Below, piece after piece: positions 1-12,856 of a stretch of 52,468 nucleotides of DNA. The position numbers and the translations under genes were made by a program. Location: the NCBI GenBank assembly GCA_037445085.1, contig JBBILG010000002.1, forward strand, positions 1 through 52,468. The letters are read 5' to 3'. This stretch comes from Methylobacillus sp. (GTDB lineage: Bacteria > Pseudomonadota > Gammaproteobacteria > Burkholderiales > Methylophilaceae). Position 1 is the stretch's first letter. Every line of letters begins with the position of its first letter. The notes under the pieces are model-generated. The model had not been told where the DNA came from and did not search any database. It worked only from the letters and a program-made list of their open reading frames with translations.

Positions 1-3
1 CCA

Positions 4-55
4 GGGGGGTCAATTCTTCGTGTCGTCAGGGGGCAGTTTTACTTGTCGTCTGACA
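4..55. repeat. Two tandem imperfect direct repeats (G5-6, N11-12, TGTCGTC) ending in TGACA at the window edge. Possibly transposase- or integrase-binding terminal repeats of an element lying left of the window.
   Basis: 4-27 ggggggtcaattcttcgtgtcgtc versus 29-50 gggggcagttttacttgtcgtc, followed by tgaca. No ORF of 60 aa or more in 1-395. The region lies on the 3' side of tRNA-Pro. Confidence 0.3.
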
Positions 56-300
56 CGCTGAACAAGCCTGCATTCGGCGCCTCGTATTTATCAATGAGCT
101 GACCGGTGCCGGATTTTCATCGGAACCCGACCGGAGTCATCGCCGCGCCCACCCGTTCGGGGCCGCATCCGCACCGGTAGCGCCGCACATCATTATCAGG
201 GTGCGTGGACGGACGGCGTGGAAAGGAGAATGCGCGGCACAATTTCCCCACAATGGGGGAATGTGAGGGGACAGAATGTGGGATAACTGCTTGAAAAGAT

Positions 301-377
301 TGGTCGGGGTGAGAGGATTCGAACCTCCGGCCTCTACGTCCCGAACGTAGCGCTCTACCAGGCTAAGCTACACCCCG
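301..377 (-). tRNA. tRNA-Pro (anticodon CGG)
   Basis: The reverse complement folds as a cloverleaf: acceptor CGGGGTG/CACCCCG, discriminator A, encoded CCA, anticodon stem CTACG/CGTAG with loop TTCGGGA (CGG, G37), and T-loop GGAGG-TTCGAAT-CCTCT. Confidence 0.9.
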
Positions 378-395
378 ACTGGGCGCTGACCGGCG

Positions 396-1361
396 CTAGT
401 ACGTCCGGTCAACCGCAAAGGCCGCCAATTCTACCAGAGCTTGACGATAATGGGTATCCGGCAACCGCATGAGGGCGCGGCTGCCGGTTTCAGCCTCGTG
501 GCGGGCCAGTGCGCGCACGTGGTCAAGGGCGCCGGTCTCGCGCACCGCCGCCACCACGGCATCCAGTTCGTCGAGTCCGCCCTGTTCGATGGCACGGCGG
601 ATCACTTCCCGCTGCCGCGGCGTGCCGCGGTGCAGCGCGTACAGCAGCGGCAGGGTGGGCTTGCCTTCGGCAAGGTCGTCGCCCAGGCTCTTGCCGATCT
701 CGGCGGCATCACCGCTGAGATCCAGCACGTCGTCGATGAGCTGGAACGCGGCGCCCAGACGCATGCCGTACTCGGCCAGCGCCTGCTCCGCCGTGCCGGC
801 ACCGGACAGCAGTGCGCCGAGGCGGGCGGCAGCCTCGAACAGCTTGCCGGTCTTGTAGTGGATGACGCGCAGATAGGTGTCTTCGGGGATGTCGGCGTCA
901 TGGCAGTTGAGCAGTTGCAGCACCTCGCCCTCGGCGATGACGTTGGTGGCATCCGCCAGCACTTCCATCACCCGCATGTCGCGCAGCGTCACCATCATCT
1001 GGAAGGCGCGCGAGTAAAGAAAGTCTCCCACCAGCACGCTGGCGGCGTGGCCAAACAGGGTGTTGGCGGTGGCCCTGCCGCGGCGCATGGCGGAGCCGTC
1101 CACCACGTCGTCGTGCAGCAAGGTGGCGGTGTGGATGAATTCCACCACCGCGGCGAGCAGGTGGTGGCGCGACGTGACGCCACCGAGCGCGCCGCCGGCG
1201 AGCAGCACCAGGGCGGGGCGCAGGCGTTTGCCGCCGCTGTCGATGAGGTATTCCGCCACCTGGTTGACCAGAACGACCTCGGAGTGCAGATGCTGACGGA
1301 TGACCGTGTCGACCGCGCGCATGTCGTCGGCGATGACGGCGTGGATGGATGTGATGGACAC
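396..1361 (-). CDS. ispB: Octaprenyl-diphosphate synthase (trans-polyprenyl synthetase)
   Basis: Both DDxxD motifs are present (LLHDDVVD, FQLIDDVLD). The N-terminus IADDMRAVDTVIRQHL...GGKRLRP is typical of IspB. I trimmed the 431-aa track ORF to the in-frame GTG at 1361 (321 aa). Confidence 0.88.
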   Translation of the reverse strand: MSITSIHAVIADDMRAVDTVIRQHLHSEVVLVNQVAEYLIDSGGKRLRPALVLLAGGALGGVTSRHHLLAAVVEFIHTATLLHDDVVDGSAMRRGRATANTLFGHAASVLVGDFLYSRAFQMMVTLRDMRVMEVLADATNVIAEGEVLQLLNCHDADIPEDTYLRVIHYKTGKLFEAAARLGALLSGAGTAEQALAEYGMRLGAAFQLIDDVLDLSGDAAEIGKSLGDDLAEGKPTLPLLYALHRGTPRQREVIRRAIEQGGLDELDAVVAAVRETGALDHVRALARHEAETGSRALMRLPDTHYRQALVELAAFAVDRTY

Positions 1362-1441
1362 CGATGCTCGTGCTGGGATGGATGATGGCGGAATTCTAGC
1401 ACAGGCCGGCCCGGCCGGCCTGCCGCCGCGCAAAACGGCCT

Positions 1442-1469
1442 TTGCATTTCGCCGCTGATTCCGTATAAT
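1442..1469 (+). promoter_or_regulatory. Sigma70-type promoter for rplU-rpmA
   Basis: TTGCAT (1442-1447), 16-nt spacer, TATAAT (1464-1469), about 40 nt upstream of the rplU ATG. Confidence 0.5.
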
Positions 1470-1506
1470 GCGCGCTTCTTTGAAGCCATGGTAGACGAGG
1501 TTTGAC

Positions 1507-1821
1507 ATGTATGCGGTCATCAAGACCGGCGGCAAGCAGTACCGCGTGGCCGCCGGCGACAAGCTGAAGGTTGAGAAGCTGGCCGGCGAAATCGGCAGCG
1601 ACGTGGTCATCGACAAGGTGCTGATGCTGGCGGATGGCGACAAGGTGACCGTCGGCACGCCGCTGGTCGAGGGTGCCAGCGTCCAAGCCACCGTGGTCGG
1701 CCATGGCCGTCACGACAAGGTGATGATCTTCAAGATGCGCCGTCGCAAGCATTACCGCAAGACGCAGGGGCATCGTCAGGATTACACCGAGATCCAGATC
1801 CGGCAGATTGCTGCCAGCTAA
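1507..1821 (+). CDS. rplU: 50S ribosomal protein L21
   Basis: [14 protein letters not shown]... is the canonical L21 N-terminus. Length is 104 aa. Confidence 0.97.
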   Translation: MYAVIKTGGKQYRVAAGDKLKVEKLAGEIGSDVVIDKVLMLADGDKVTVGTPLVEGASVQATVVGHGRHDKVMIFKMRRRKHYRKTQGHRQDYTEIQIRQIAAS

Positions 1822-1837
1822 GCGAGAGGAACAGGCA

Positions 1838-2095
1838 ATGGCACACAAAAAGGCAGGCGGCAGCTCCCGCAACGGCCGCGATTCCAATGCACAGCGGCTG
1901 GGCGTGAAGGTGTTTGGCGATCAACCGGTTTCCGCCGGCAGCATCATCGTGCGCCAGCGCGGCACCCGGATGCATGCGGGCGAAAACGTTGGCATGGGCA
2001 AGGATCACACCCTGTACGCCAAGGTGGGCGGCAAGGTGTCCTTCGGCGTCAAGGGTGCGCTGCGCCGCAAGGTCGTGAGCGTCGTCCCGGCCTGA
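1838..2095 (+). CDS. rpmA: 50S ribosomal protein L27
   Basis: [24 protein letters not shown] is the canonical L27 N-terminus. GAGAGGA RBS upstream. The track ORF was trimmed to the ATG at 1838. Confidence 0.97.
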   Translation: MAHKKAGGSSRNGRDSNAQRLGVKVFGDQPVSAGSIIVRQRGTRMHAGENVGMGKDHTLYAKVGGKVSFGVKGALRRKVVSVVPA

Positions 2096-2116
2096 GCGCC
2101 TGCCGGTTCTCTGCAG

Positions 2117-4341
<2,225 letters not shown>

Positions 4342-4356
4342 AAAAAAGGGGGAGTC

Positions 4357-4857
4357 ATGACAAGCCAACAACCCTTGATTGCCATTATCATGGGCTCCGA
4401 CAGCGACTGGCCGGTGATGCAGGCCGCCGCCGCCGTGCTGGACGAATTCGGCGTGCCTTTTGAAGCGCGCGTGGTGTCGGCGCACCGCACCCCGGACCTG
4501 ATGTTCGAATTTGCCGAAAGCGCGGCCGCGCGGGGGCTGCGGGCCATCATTGCCGGCGCCGGCGGCGCGGCCCATCTGCCGGGCATGGTGGCGGCCAAGA
4601 CCACGCTGCCGGTGCTGGGCGTGCCGGTGCCCACCAGGCACTTGCAGGGCCAGGATTCGCTGCTGTCCATCGTGCAGATGCCCCGCGGCATCCCGGTTGC
4701 CACCTTTGCCATCGGCGAGGCCGGCGCCGCCAACGCCGGGCTGTTCGCCGTGGCCCTGCTCGCCACCACGGATGCAGCCCTGGCCGACAGGCTGGGGGCA
4801 TTCCGCGCGGCGCAAACGCAAAAGGTCTTGAAGATGCAACTGGGACACAGTACATGA
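4357..4857 (+). CDS. purE: N5-carboxyaminoimidazole ribonucleotide mutase
   Basis: [15 protein letters not shown] and [10 protein letters not shown] motifs. Confidence 0.95.
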   Translation: MTSQQPLIAIIMGSDSDWPVMQAAAAVLDEFGVPFEARVVSAHRTPDLMFEFAESAAARGLRAIIAGAGGAAHLPGMVAAKTTLPVLGVPVPTRHLQGQDSLLSIVQMPRGIPVATFAIGEAGAANAGLFAVALLATTDAALADRLGAFRAAQTQKVLKMQLGHST

Positions 4858-5981
4858 TTCTGCCGCCTTCCATGCTGGGCATGCTGGGTGGCGGGCAGCT
4901 CGCCCGCTTCTTCGTCATTGCCGCCCACGAGATGGGCTACCGTGTCACCGTGCTGGATCCGGACCGGCACAGCCCGGCCGGCCTGCTTGCCGACGTGCAC
5001 CTGTGCGCGGCATACGACGATGCCGCCGCGCTGGACCGGATGGCGCACACCTGTGCCGCGGTGACTACCGAGTTCGAGAACGTCCCGGCCGGCGCGCTGC
5101 AAGCCCTGGCCCGCGCGGTGCCGGTGCATCCGGCCGCCCATGCCGTGGCCATCTGCCAGCACCGCGTGTCGGAAAAGAACTTCCTGCGCGACCATGGCTT
5201 CCCGCATGCGCCGTATGCCGAAATCAACGCGGAGGCCGACATTCCCGCCGCCGGCAGCGACCTCTATCCTGGCATCCTCAAGGTCGCGCGCTTCGGCTAC
5301 GATGGCAAGGGCCAGGCGCGGGTGCGCACGCCGCAAGAGGCGCTGGCGGCGTTCCGCGCCTTCAGGGGCGAGCAGTGCGTGCTGGAACAGATGCTGTCGC
5401 TGGATTACGAGGTCTCCGTGGTGCTGGCGCGCGACGCCGCTGGCAACGTGCAGGCTTTCCCTACCGTGGAGAACGGCCACCGCAACGGCATCCTCGACAT
5501 CAGCATCGCGCCGGCGCGCGGTTCCGCCGAGGTGCGCGAGCAGGCGCAGGCACTGGCGCGCGGCGTGGCGGAGAAGCTGCGCTACGTCGGCACGCTGGGA
5601 GTGGAATTCTTCGTCTGCAACGGTTGCCTGTACGTCAACGAGATGGCGCCGCGTCCGCACAATTCCGGCCACTACACTCTCGATGCCTGCGTCACCGGCC
5701 AGTTCGAGCAGCAGGTGCGCGCGTTATGTGGATTACCTTTGGGCGATCCGCGCCAGCACAGCCCGGCGGTCATGGTCAACCTGCTGGGCGACATCTGGCG
5801 CGATGGCGAGCCGCAGTGGAGCAGGCTGTTCGAGCAGTCCAACCTCAAGCTGCACCTGTACGGCAAGCGCGAGGCGCGGCCGGGGCGCAAGATGGGCCAT
5901 TTCACCGTGATCGGCGCGGATGCCGGGGAAGTGCTGCGGCAGGCGCTGGCGGCGCGCGAGCACATCGGGGTGGAGGAATGA
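4854..5981 (+). CDS. purK: N5-carboxyaminoimidazole ribonucleotide synthase
   Basis: ATP-grasp protein directly coupled to purE (4-nt overlap). C-terminal RKMGH motif. Confidence 0.9.
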   Translation: MILPPSMLGMLGGGQLARFFVIAAHEMGYRVTVLDPDRHSPAGLLADVHLCAAYDDAAALDRMAHTCAAVTTEFENVPAGALQALARAVPVHPAAHAVAICQHRVSEKNFLRDHGFPHAPYAEINAEADIPAAGSDLYPGILKVARFGYDGKGQARVRTPQEALAAFRAFRGEQCVLEQMLSLDYEVSVVLARDAAGNVQAFPTVENGHRNGILDISIAPARGSAEVREQAQALARGVAEKLRYVGTLGVEFFVCNGCLYVNEMAPRPHNSGHYTLDACVTGQFEQQVRALCGLPLGDPRQHSPAVMVNLLGDIWRDGEPQWSRLFEQSNLKLHLYGKREARPGRKMGHFTVIGADAGEVLRQALAAREHIGVEE

Positions 5982-6005
5982 TGGCCGCATCGGCGCGCGG
6001 CAACC

Positions 6006-6035
6006 AAAAAGGCCAACCGTATGGTTGGCCTTTTT
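6006..6035. terminator. Bidirectional rho-independent terminator between purK and rpsT
   Basis: AAAAA-GGCCAACC-GTAT-GGTTGGCC-TTTTT, a perfect hairpin flanked by A and T runs between convergent genes. Confidence 0.7.
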
Positions 6036-6052
6036 CATGAAGTTCGGACTAC

Positions 6053-6319
6053 TCAGGCAGCCATCGCCTTGATGGCGGCGGACAGGCGGCTCTTGTGGCG
6101 GGAGGCCTTGTTCTTGTGGATGATCTTCTTGTCGGCGATGCGGTCGATCACACTGACATTCTCGCTGTAGGCAGCCTGGGCGGCGGTCTTGTCGCCGGCG
6201 GCAACGGCCTTGATGATCTTCTTGATCGCGGTGCGCAGCGCGGAACGCTGGCTCGCGTTGTGGGCGCGCTGCTTGACCGCCTGACGGGCGCGCTTTCTCG
6301 CTTGTGCGCTGTTAGCCAT
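6053..6319 (-). CDS. rpsT: 30S ribosomal protein S20
   Basis: [23 protein letters not shown]... is typical of S20. Length is 88 aa. Confidence 0.97.
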   Translation of the reverse strand: MANSAQARKRARQAVKQRAHNASQRSALRTAIKKIIKAVAAGDKTAAQAAYSENVSVIDRIADKKIIHKNKASRHKSRLSAAIKAMAA

Positions 6320-6441
6320 GGAGACTCCTGAACATTGAGCAAAATTTGAAACGCGCCATCATACAGAGTCGGGCCGGCTTTTGCAAGGATGCCCGTCGCG
6401 GCGTGATAAGATAGGCGCCTTTGCTTCTCGCGGCTTGCCGT

Positions 6442-7980
6442 ATGAATTTGTTGAAGACGCTGGCTACCGTCGGCGGCATGACATTCCTCTCCCGCATCCT
6501 TGGGTTCGTGCGCGACGTCCTGATTGCGCGGGTGTTCGGCGCCGGTCTCTATACCGATGCCTTCTTCATCGCCTTCAAGATTCCCAACCTGCTGCGCCGG
6601 CTGTTCGCCGAGGGGGCATTCTCCCAGGCCTTCGTGCCGGTGCTGGCGGAATACAGGGAGCGCCGCGGGCGTGAGGAGACGCACGCGCTGGTCAACCATG
6701 TCGCCACCCTGCTGACGCTGGCCCTGCTGGCGGTGACGGTGCTGGGCGTCCTCGCCGCGCCGTGGGTGGTATACCTGAGCGCACCCGGTTTCCATGCCAG
6801 CCCGGACAAGTTCCAGCTCACCGTCGAACTGCTGCGCATCACCTTCCCCTACATCCTGTTCATCTCGCTGGTATCGCTGGCGGGCGGCGTGCTCAACACC
6901 TGGAGCCGCTTTGCCGTGCCGGCGTTCACGCCGGCGCTGCTTAACGTCTCCTTCATCGTTACCGTGCTGTTCCTGGTGCCGTATTTTGACCCGCCGGTGA
7001 TGGCGCTGGCCTGGGCAGTGTTCTTCGGCGGCGCGCTACAGCTCGCCTTTCAGGTGCCGTATCTGCTGAAGATCGGCCTGGTGCCGCGCTTCTCGCTCAA
7101 CCTGCACGACGAGGGGGTGTGGCGGATCCTGAAGTTGATGGGGCCGGCGGTGTTCGGCGTTTCCATCGCCCAGATTTCCCTGCTCATCAACACCATTTTC
7201 GCTTCCTTCTTGCAGACCGGCAGCGTGTCCTGGCTGTATTATGCCGACCGCCTGATGGAATTCCCTACCGGCCTGCTGGGCGTTGCCCTGGGCACCATCC
7301 TGCTGCCCAGCTTGGCCAAGACCTACGCAGACGGCATGGACGGCGAGTATTCCAGACTGCTGGACTGGGGCCTGCGGCTCACCTTCCTGCTGGCGCTGCC
7401 GGCGGCGGCGGCGCTGGCGGTGCTGGCGGTGCCGCTCATTGCCACGCTGTTCCAGTACGGCCAGTTTGCCGCCAACGATTTGTGGATGACGCGGCAGGCG
7501 CTGGTGGCTTATAGCCTGGGCCTGCTCGGCCTGATCCTGGTCAAGGTGCTGGCGCCGGGGTTCTACGCGCGCCAGAACATCAAGACCCCGGTCAAGATCG
7601 CCGTCGCCACCTTGTTCGCCACGCAGTTCATGAACCTCGTCTTCATCTGGCCGCTCAAACATGCCGGCCTGGCGCTCGCCATCGGCCTGGGCGCCTGCCT
7701 CAACGCCGGGCTGCTGTACTACCACCTGCGTCGCGATGGCATTTTCCGGCCGCAGCCGGGCTGGCCGGCCTTCCTCGCCAAGCTGGCGCTGGCGGTGGCT
7801 GGCATGGCACTCCTGCTGTGGGCTGGCATAGGCGAGCAGGCGGCCTGGCTGGGCTATGCGGCGGCGGAGAAGTTCACGCGCCTCATCCTGCTGGTGGTGG
7901 CCGGCGCTGCCGCCTATTTCGCCGTGCTGTGGCTGCTGGGCTTCCGGCTGAACGATTTCAGGCGGCGGGCCGTCGGGTGA
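6442..7980 (+). CDS. murJ: Lipid II flippase MurJ (MviN)
   Basis: [25 protein letters not shown]... is the conserved MurJ N-terminus. Polytopic membrane protein. Trimmed to the ATG at 6442. Confidence 0.9.
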   Translation: MNLLKTLATVGGMTFLSRILGFVRDVLIARVFGAGLYTDAFFIAFKIPNLLRRLFAEGAFSQAFVPVLAEYRERRGREETHALVNHVATLLTLALLAVTVLGVLAAPWVVYLSAPGFHASPDKFQLTVELLRITFPYILFISLVSLAGGVLNTWSRFAVPAFTPALLNVSFIVTVLFLVPYFDPPVMALAWAVFFGGALQLAFQVPYLLKIGLVPRFSLNLHDEGVWRILKLMGPAVFGVSIAQISLLINTIFASFLQTGSVSWLYYADRLMEFPTGLLGVALGTILLPSLAKTYADGMDGEYSRLLDWGLRLTFLLALPAAAALAVLAVPLIATLFQYGQFAANDLWMTRQALVAYSLGLLGLILVKVLAPGFYARQNIKTPVKIAVATLFATQFMNLVFIWPLKHAGLALAIGLGACLNAGLLYYHLRRDGIFRPQPGWPAFLAKLALAVAGMALLLWAGIGEQAAWLGYAAAEKFTRLILLVVAGAAAYFAVLWLLGFRLNDFRRRAVG

Positions 7981-8891
7981 TGCGGATTTTCCGCCACATC
8001 GCGCCTTCCGGCGCACCCCAGGCGCTCGCCATCGGCAACTTCGACGGCGTGCACCGCGGCCACCAGGCCATCCTGGCCCGCCTCGGGCAGCGCGCCGAAC
8101 AGGGTCTGGTGCCCAGCGTGATGACCTTCGAGCCGCATCCGCGCGAGTATTTCTCGCCGGAGACGGCGCCGGCACGTCTTACTTCGCTGCGCGAAAAGCT
8201 GGAACTGTTCGCCGAGCTGGGCGTGGAGCGGGTCTATCTGGTCCGCTTCAATGGCAAGTTCGCCGCGCTTTCCGCACCGGCCTTCATGGACACCATCCTG
8301 CGCCCGCTCAACGCGCGGTACCTGCTGGTGGGGGAGGATTTCCGCTTCGGCGCCGGACGCGGCGGCGACATCCTGACGCTGCGCGCGGCCGGTTTCCACG
8401 CCGAGAGCGTGGCCGCGGTCACCCATGAGGGCGTGCGGGTCTCCAGTACCGCCATCCGCACCGCGCTGGCTGCCGGCGACCTCGGGCGCGCCGAGGCCCT
8501 GCTGGGACGGCCGTACAGCGTGAGCGGGCATGTCGCGCATGGCGACAAGCTGGGCCGCACCCTCGGCTATCCCACCGCCAACATCCACATGCTGCACGAG
8601 CGGCCGCCGCTTTTCGGCATCTATGCGGTAAAATTGCGCGGTCTCGGCGCGCACGATCTGCCGGGAGTGGCGAGCCTCGGGGTGCGGCCTACCGTGAAGC
8701 AGCAGGGCAGGCCGCTGCTGGAAGTGCATCTCTTCGATTTCGACCGCGACATCTACGGCCGGCACGTGCGCGTGCTGTTCCTGCACAAGATTCGCGACGA
8801 GGCCAGATTTTCCGACATGGAGGCGCTCAGGCGCCAGATCGCCGCCGACGAGCAGACGGCGCGCGCCTATTTTTCGAACGAAGCGAAATGA
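7980..8891 (+). CDS. ribF: Bifunctional riboflavin kinase / FAD synthetase
   Basis: [11 protein letters not shown] nucleotidyltransferase motif and a C-terminal riboflavin kinase domain. The ATG shares 1 nt with the murJ TGA. Confidence 0.92.
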   Translation: MRIFRHIAPSGAPQALAIGNFDGVHRGHQAILARLGQRAEQGLVPSVMTFEPHPREYFSPETAPARLTSLREKLELFAELGVERVYLVRFNGKFAALSAPAFMDTILRPLNARYLLVGEDFRFGAGRGGDILTLRAAGFHAESVAAVTHEGVRVSSTAIRTALAAGDLGRAEALLGRPYSVSGHVAHGDKLGRTLGYPTANIHMLHERPPLFGIYAVKLRGLGAHDLPGVASLGVRPTVKQQGRPLLEVHLFDFDRDIYGRHVRVLFLHKIRDEARFSDMEALRRQIAADEQTARAYFSNEAK

Positions 8892-11674
8892 CAGATTACA
8901 AGGACACCCTGAACCTGCCCGACACGCCATTTCCCATGCGGGGCGACCTCGCCAGGCGCGAACCGGTCTGGACGCAGGCGTGGCGGGCAGGCAGGCTCTA
9001 TCAACGCATCCGCGAGACGGCCAAGGGGCGCCCCAGGTTCATCCTGCACGACGGCCCGCCCTACGCCAACGGCGACATTCACATCGGCCATGCGGTCAAC
9101 AAGATCCTCAAGGACATCATCGTCAAGGCCAGGACCCTGTCCGGCTTCGACGCGCCCTTCGTCCCCGGCTGGGACTGCCACGGCCTACCCATCGAACTCG
9201 TGGTGGAAAAGCTCCACGGCAAGGACGTCCCGCCGGCGCAATTCCGCGAACTGTGCCGCGACTACGCGGGCCGGCAGGTGGAGCGGCAGAAGGCCGACTT
9301 CATCCGTCTGGGCGTGCTGGGCGACTGGGACAATCCTTACCTGACCATGGATTTCAAGACCGAGGCCGATATCATGCGTGCGCTTGGCCGCATCCACGCC
9401 AACGGCTACCTCTACCAGGGTTCCAAGCCGGTACACTGGTGTGTGGACTGCGGCTCGGCGCTGGCTGAGGCCGAGGTCGAGTACGAGGACAGGAACTCGC
9501 CGGCCATCGACGTCGGCTTCCGCGCGGCGGACAACGCCGCCGTGTGCAGGGTGTTCGGCCTCGGACATACGCCCGAGCCGATCTCCGCGGTGATCTGGAC
9601 CACCACGCCGTGGACGCTGCCGGCCAACCAGGCGGTGTGCGTGCATCCGGGGCTCGTCTACGACCTCATCCAGACGCCGCACGGCCTCCTGATCCTGGCG
9701 CGCGGGCTGGCCGAGGCCGCCATCCGCCGCTACGGCTTCGAGGCGGTGGAAGTGATCGCCAACTGCAAGGGGGCGGCGCTGGAGCAGGTGAAGCTGCGGC
9801 ACCCGTTCTACGACCGGTTGGTGCCCATCATCTGCGGCGATCACGTCACCACCGACGCCGGCACCGGCCTGGTGCACACCGCCCCGGCGCACGGTCTGGA
9901 GGACTACGCGGCGGGCATGCGCTACGACCTGCCGGTGGACAATCCGGTGGATGGCGATGGCAGGTTCCACGGTCATGTCGAGCTGTTCGGCGGCATGGGC
10001 ATCTGGGATGCCAACCAGGCGATCATCGAGACGCTGCGGGCGAGAAACCATCTGCTCGCCTCGGCGCGTCTCGACCACAGCTACCCGCATTGCTGGCGCC
10101 ACAAGACGCCGGTGATCTTCCGCGCCACTCATCAGTGGTTCATCGGCATGGGCCAGCACGGCCCGGACGGCCAGACCCTGCGCGGCATCGCCAATGCCGC
10201 CGTGGCGCACACCCGGTTCTTCCCGGCCTGGGGCCGCGCGCGCCTGGAGGCCATGATCCGCAGCCGTCCGGACTGGTGCGTGTCGCGCCAGCGCAACTGG
10301 GGCGTGCCCATGCCGCTGTTCGTGCACAAGGAAACCGGCCATCTGCATCCCGACACCCTGGCGTTGCTGGAGCAAGTCTGCCAGCTTGTCGCGCGCCAGG
10401 GCATCGAGGCCTGGTTCAGCCTGGACGGCGTTGCCTTCCTGGCGGAGCATGCTCCGCAGGACGCCGGAGAGTACAAAAAGGTCACCGACACCCTGGACGT
10501 GTGGTTCGACTCCGGCGCCACCCATGCCGCCGTGCTCAAGCGTCGCGAGGAGCTGGCACACCCGGCAGACCTCTATCTGGAAGGTTCGGACCAGCACCGC
10601 GGCTGGTTCCAGTCCAGCCTGCTGACCGGCTGTGCCATCGACGGCCGCGCGCCCTACGAAGCCTTGCTGACGCATGGCTTCGTGGTGGACGGTGCCGGCC
10701 ACAAGATGAGCAAGTCCAGGGGCAACGTCATCGCCCCGCAGAAGGTGGTGGACACCTACGGTGCCGACATCCTGCGGTTGTGGGTGGCTTCCACCGATTA
10801 TTCCGGCGAGCTCACCATCTCCGACGAAATCCTCAGGCGCGTGGTGGAAAGCTATCGCCGCATCCGCAACACCCTGCGCTTCCTGCTCGCCAACCTGGCC
10901 GATTTCGACGCCAGCCGGGACATGCTGCCGCCGGAGCAGTGGCTGGAAATCGACCGCTACGCGATCGCCATGACGAGGGCGCTGCAGGATGACATGCTGG
11001 CCGCCTTTGACCGCTACGAGTTCCACGTGGTGGCGCAGCGTTTCACGAGTTTTTGCTCGGAAGACCTGGGCGGCTTCTATCTCGACATCCTGAAGGACCG
11101 GCTGTACACCACGGGCCGCGCCAGTCTGGCGCGGCGCTCGGCGCAGAGCGCGCTGTGGCACGTCGCGCACAGCCTGCTGAAGCTCATGGCGCCCATTCTC
11201 AGCTTCACCGCCGAGGAGGCCTGGGGTCTGGTGAGCGGCAAGGCGGACGACAGCGTGTTCCTGCACCTGTGGCATGAATTCCCGGAGACGGAAGATGCGT
11301 TGTTGCAGAAATGGCAGGCCATCCGCGAGTTCCGCGCGCGCGTCACCAAGCAGCTCGAAGAGGTGCGCGCGGCGGGCGGCATCGGCGCCTCGCTGCAGGC
11401 GGAGCTGGACATCCATGCCCATGGCGAAAGCTACGAGCGCCTGGCCTCGCTGGGCGACGACCTGCATTTCGTCCTCATCACTTCGCGCGCCACCTTGCAT
11501 CGCGCAGCGAGCGAGTCCGGGGAGTGCATCACCGTCACGCCGAGCAGTCATCGCAAGTGCGAGCGCTGCTGGCACTACCGTGCCGACGTCGGCCTGGAGG
11601 CGGCCCACCCGCACATCTGCGGGCGCTGCGTGAGCAATCTGTACGGTGACGGGGAGTCGCGCCGGCATGCCTGA
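8888..11674 (+). CDS. ileS: Isoleucine--tRNA ligase
   Basis: HIGH ([11 protein letters not shown]) and KMSKS (HKMSKS) motifs, and a C-terminal Cys cluster (CERCWHY...CGRC). Length is 928 aa. Confidence 0.98.
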   Translation: MTDYKDTLNLPDTPFPMRGDLARREPVWTQAWRAGRLYQRIRETAKGRPRFILHDGPPYANGDIHIGHAVNKILKDIIVKARTLSGFDAPFVPGWDCHGLPIELVVEKLHGKDVPPAQFRELCRDYAGRQVERQKADFIRLGVLGDWDNPYLTMDFKTEADIMRALGRIHANGYLYQGSKPVHWCVDCGSALAEAEVEYEDRNSPAIDVGFRAADNAAVCRVFGLGHTPEPISAVIWTTTPWTLPANQAVCVHPGLVYDLIQTPHGLLILARGLAEAAIRRYGFEAVEVIANCKGAALEQVKLRHPFYDRLVPIICGDHVTTDAGTGLVHTAPAHGLEDYAAGMRYDLPVDNPVDGDGRFHGHVELFGGMGIWDANQAIIETLRARNHLLASARLDHSYPHCWRHKTPVIFRATHQWFIGMGQHGPDGQTLRGIANAAVAHTRFFPAWGRARLEAMIRSRPDWCVSRQRNWGVPMPLFVHKETGHLHPDTLALLEQVCQLVARQGIEAWFSLDGVAFLAEHAPQDAGEYKKVTDTLDVWFDSGATHAAVLKRREELAHPADLYLEGSDQHRGWFQSSLLTGCAIDGRAPYEALLTHGFVVDGAGHKMSKSRGNVIAPQKVVDTYGADILRLWVASTDYSGELTISDEILRRVVESYRRIRNTLRFLLANLADFDASRDMLPPEQWLEIDRYAIAMTRALQDDMLAAFDRYEFHVVAQRFTSFCSEDLGGFYLDILKDRLYTTGRASLARRSAQSALWHVAHSLLKLMAPILSFTAEEAWGLVSGKADDSVFLHLWHEFPETEDALLQKWQAIREFRARVTKQLEEVRAAGGIGASLQAELDIHAHGESYERLASLGDDLHFVLITSRATLHRAASESGECITVTPSSHRKCERCWHYRADVGLEAAHPHICGRCVSNLYGDGESRRHA

Positions 11675-11817
11675 GAAGCTGTCTCAAAGCATGCTGCGGA
11701 GCGTGTCTGCGGTGTTGCGCGGTACTCGCTTCCTCGCCGTACTCCGTGCACTGTCTTGGTCGCTGTGGGCCAAACGCCCCGCATCCCGCTCTCCTCGCGA
11801 TTTTTTGAGACAACTTC
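11675..11817. repeat. 143-bp ileS-lspA spacer bounded by a 14-nt inverted repeat
   Basis: GAAGCTGTCTCAAA (11675-11688) versus TTTGAGACAACTTC (11804-11817), 13/14 complementary. The first arm starts right after the ileS stop codon. Confidence 0.5.
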
Positions 11818-11830
11818 CGAGGGTGCACCC

Positions 11831-12301
11831 ATGAAGTCGCTGCGCATCTGGCTGGGTATCGCCGCGCTCGTCGTCGTGCTCGACCTCTGCACCAAGCATC
11901 TGGTGCAGTCGGCGCTGCACTACGGCGAGCACGTACCGGTGACGGCCTTCTTCGACATCGTCCTGTTCCACAACAAGGGTGCCGCCTTCAGCCTGCTGGC
12001 CGATGCCGGCGGCTGGCAGCGCGCGCTGCTCAGCGCCATCGCCATCGTCGCCGCGGTGGTCATTGTGCACCTGCTGGTGAAGCACCCGCAGCAGAGGCTG
12101 TTCTGCCTCGGCCTCAGCCTGGTGCTGGGAGGCGCCCTGGGCAACCTCTACGACCGCCTCACCCTGGGTTATGTGGTGGATTTCCTGTTTTTCCACTACC
12201 GGGAGTGGTATTGGCCGGCGTTCAACGTCGCCGATGCGGCCATTTTCGTCGGCGTGCTGCTGCTAGTGTGGGATGGGCTGCGCAAGCCGGCCAACAAGTA
12301 G
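11831..12301 (+). CDS. lspA: Lipoprotein signal peptidase (signal peptidase II)
   Basis: MKSLRIWLGIAALVVVLDLCTKHLV..., plus NKGAAFS and FNVADAAI motifs. Canonical position after ileS. Confidence 0.9.
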   Translation: MKSLRIWLGIAALVVVLDLCTKHLVQSALHYGEHVPVTAFFDIVLFHNKGAAFSLLADAGGWQRALLSAIAIVAAVVIVHLLVKHPQQRLFCLGLSLVLGGALGNLYDRLTLGYVVDFLFFHYREWYWPAFNVADAAIFVGVLLLVWDGLRKPANK

Positions 12302-12328
12302 GACCCGGCAAGGCCGGCGCGTACGCCG

Positions 12329-12778
12329 TCAGCCGGCCGGCAGCTTGCGCAATGCGACGGCATTCATGCAGTAGCGCAACCCGCCGGGGTCCGGCCCGTC
12401 GGCAAACACGTGGCCCAGATGTGCATCGCAGGTGTTGCACCTAGTCTCGATGCGCGTCATGCCGAGGCTGGAATCGACCTGATAGGCGATGGCATTGCAA
12501 CTTGCCGGCTGGCGGAACGAGGGCCAGCCGGTACCGGAGTCGAACTTTTCCGCGGCATCGAAGAGTAGGGTGCCGCAGCACACGCAAGCATACAGGCCGG
12601 GTTCGAGCAGGGTGCACATGGGCGAGCTGAAAGGGCGTTCGGTTGCCGCTTCCCGCGTGACGCGGTATTGCGCTTCGCTGAGCACGGCTTTCCATTCGGC
12701 GGCCGTCTTGCGCACCACGCGGTCGGGTTCCTGGTTGCCGGTGGTGGCGAATCGCACCACGTCATGCCATGTCAGCAT
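12329..12778 (-). CDS. msrB: Peptide-methionine (R)-S-oxide reductase
   Basis: Two CxxC pairs (CVCC..., CNTC) and GTGWPSF / HLGHVF motifs. Trimmed to the ATG at 12778. Confidence 0.92.
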   Translation of the reverse strand: MLTWHDVVRFATTGNQEPDRVVRKTAAEWKAVLSEAQYRVTREAATERPFSSPMCTLLEPGLYACVCCGTLLFDAAEKFDSGTGWPSFRQPASCNAIAYQVDSSLGMTRIETRCNTCDAHLGHVFADGPDPGGLRYCMNAVALRKLPAG

Positions 12779-12856
12779 GGCGCCGCCGACCTTGTCCGCG
12801 CCCCCGGCCCGATAGCGGCGCACCTTCGATTGCCGCGTCAGCGGGGATGGGTGCCA

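Noticed and set aside
29-66. Tn3-family 38-bp terminal inverted repeat (starts GGGGG, contains CACGCTGAA resembling ...CACGCTAAG).
   Set aside because: The register is 3 nt too short and the terminal TAAG is not matched. The orientation would place the tRNA and core genes inside the transposon. I kept it only as an unspecified repeat.
1362-1691. N-terminal 110-aa extension of the ispB ORF (track ORF 396..1691).
   Set aside because: The extension is low-complexity (Ser/Thr/Pro/Ala). It runs across the rplU promoter and into rplU coding sequence. IspB homology starts at ...IADDMRAVD, so I used the GTG at 1361.
9185-11668. 827-aa ORF antisense to ileS.
   Set aside because: Same GC artefact. 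ileS on the plus strand has HIGH and KMSKS motifs and a full-length match. The antisense product has no domain signature.
11646-11834. 62-aa ORF within the ileS-lspA spacer.
   Set aside because: It has no RBS, starts inside ileS, has Arg/Ser/Leu-rich composition, and ends in the lspA start region. It is more likely non-coding.
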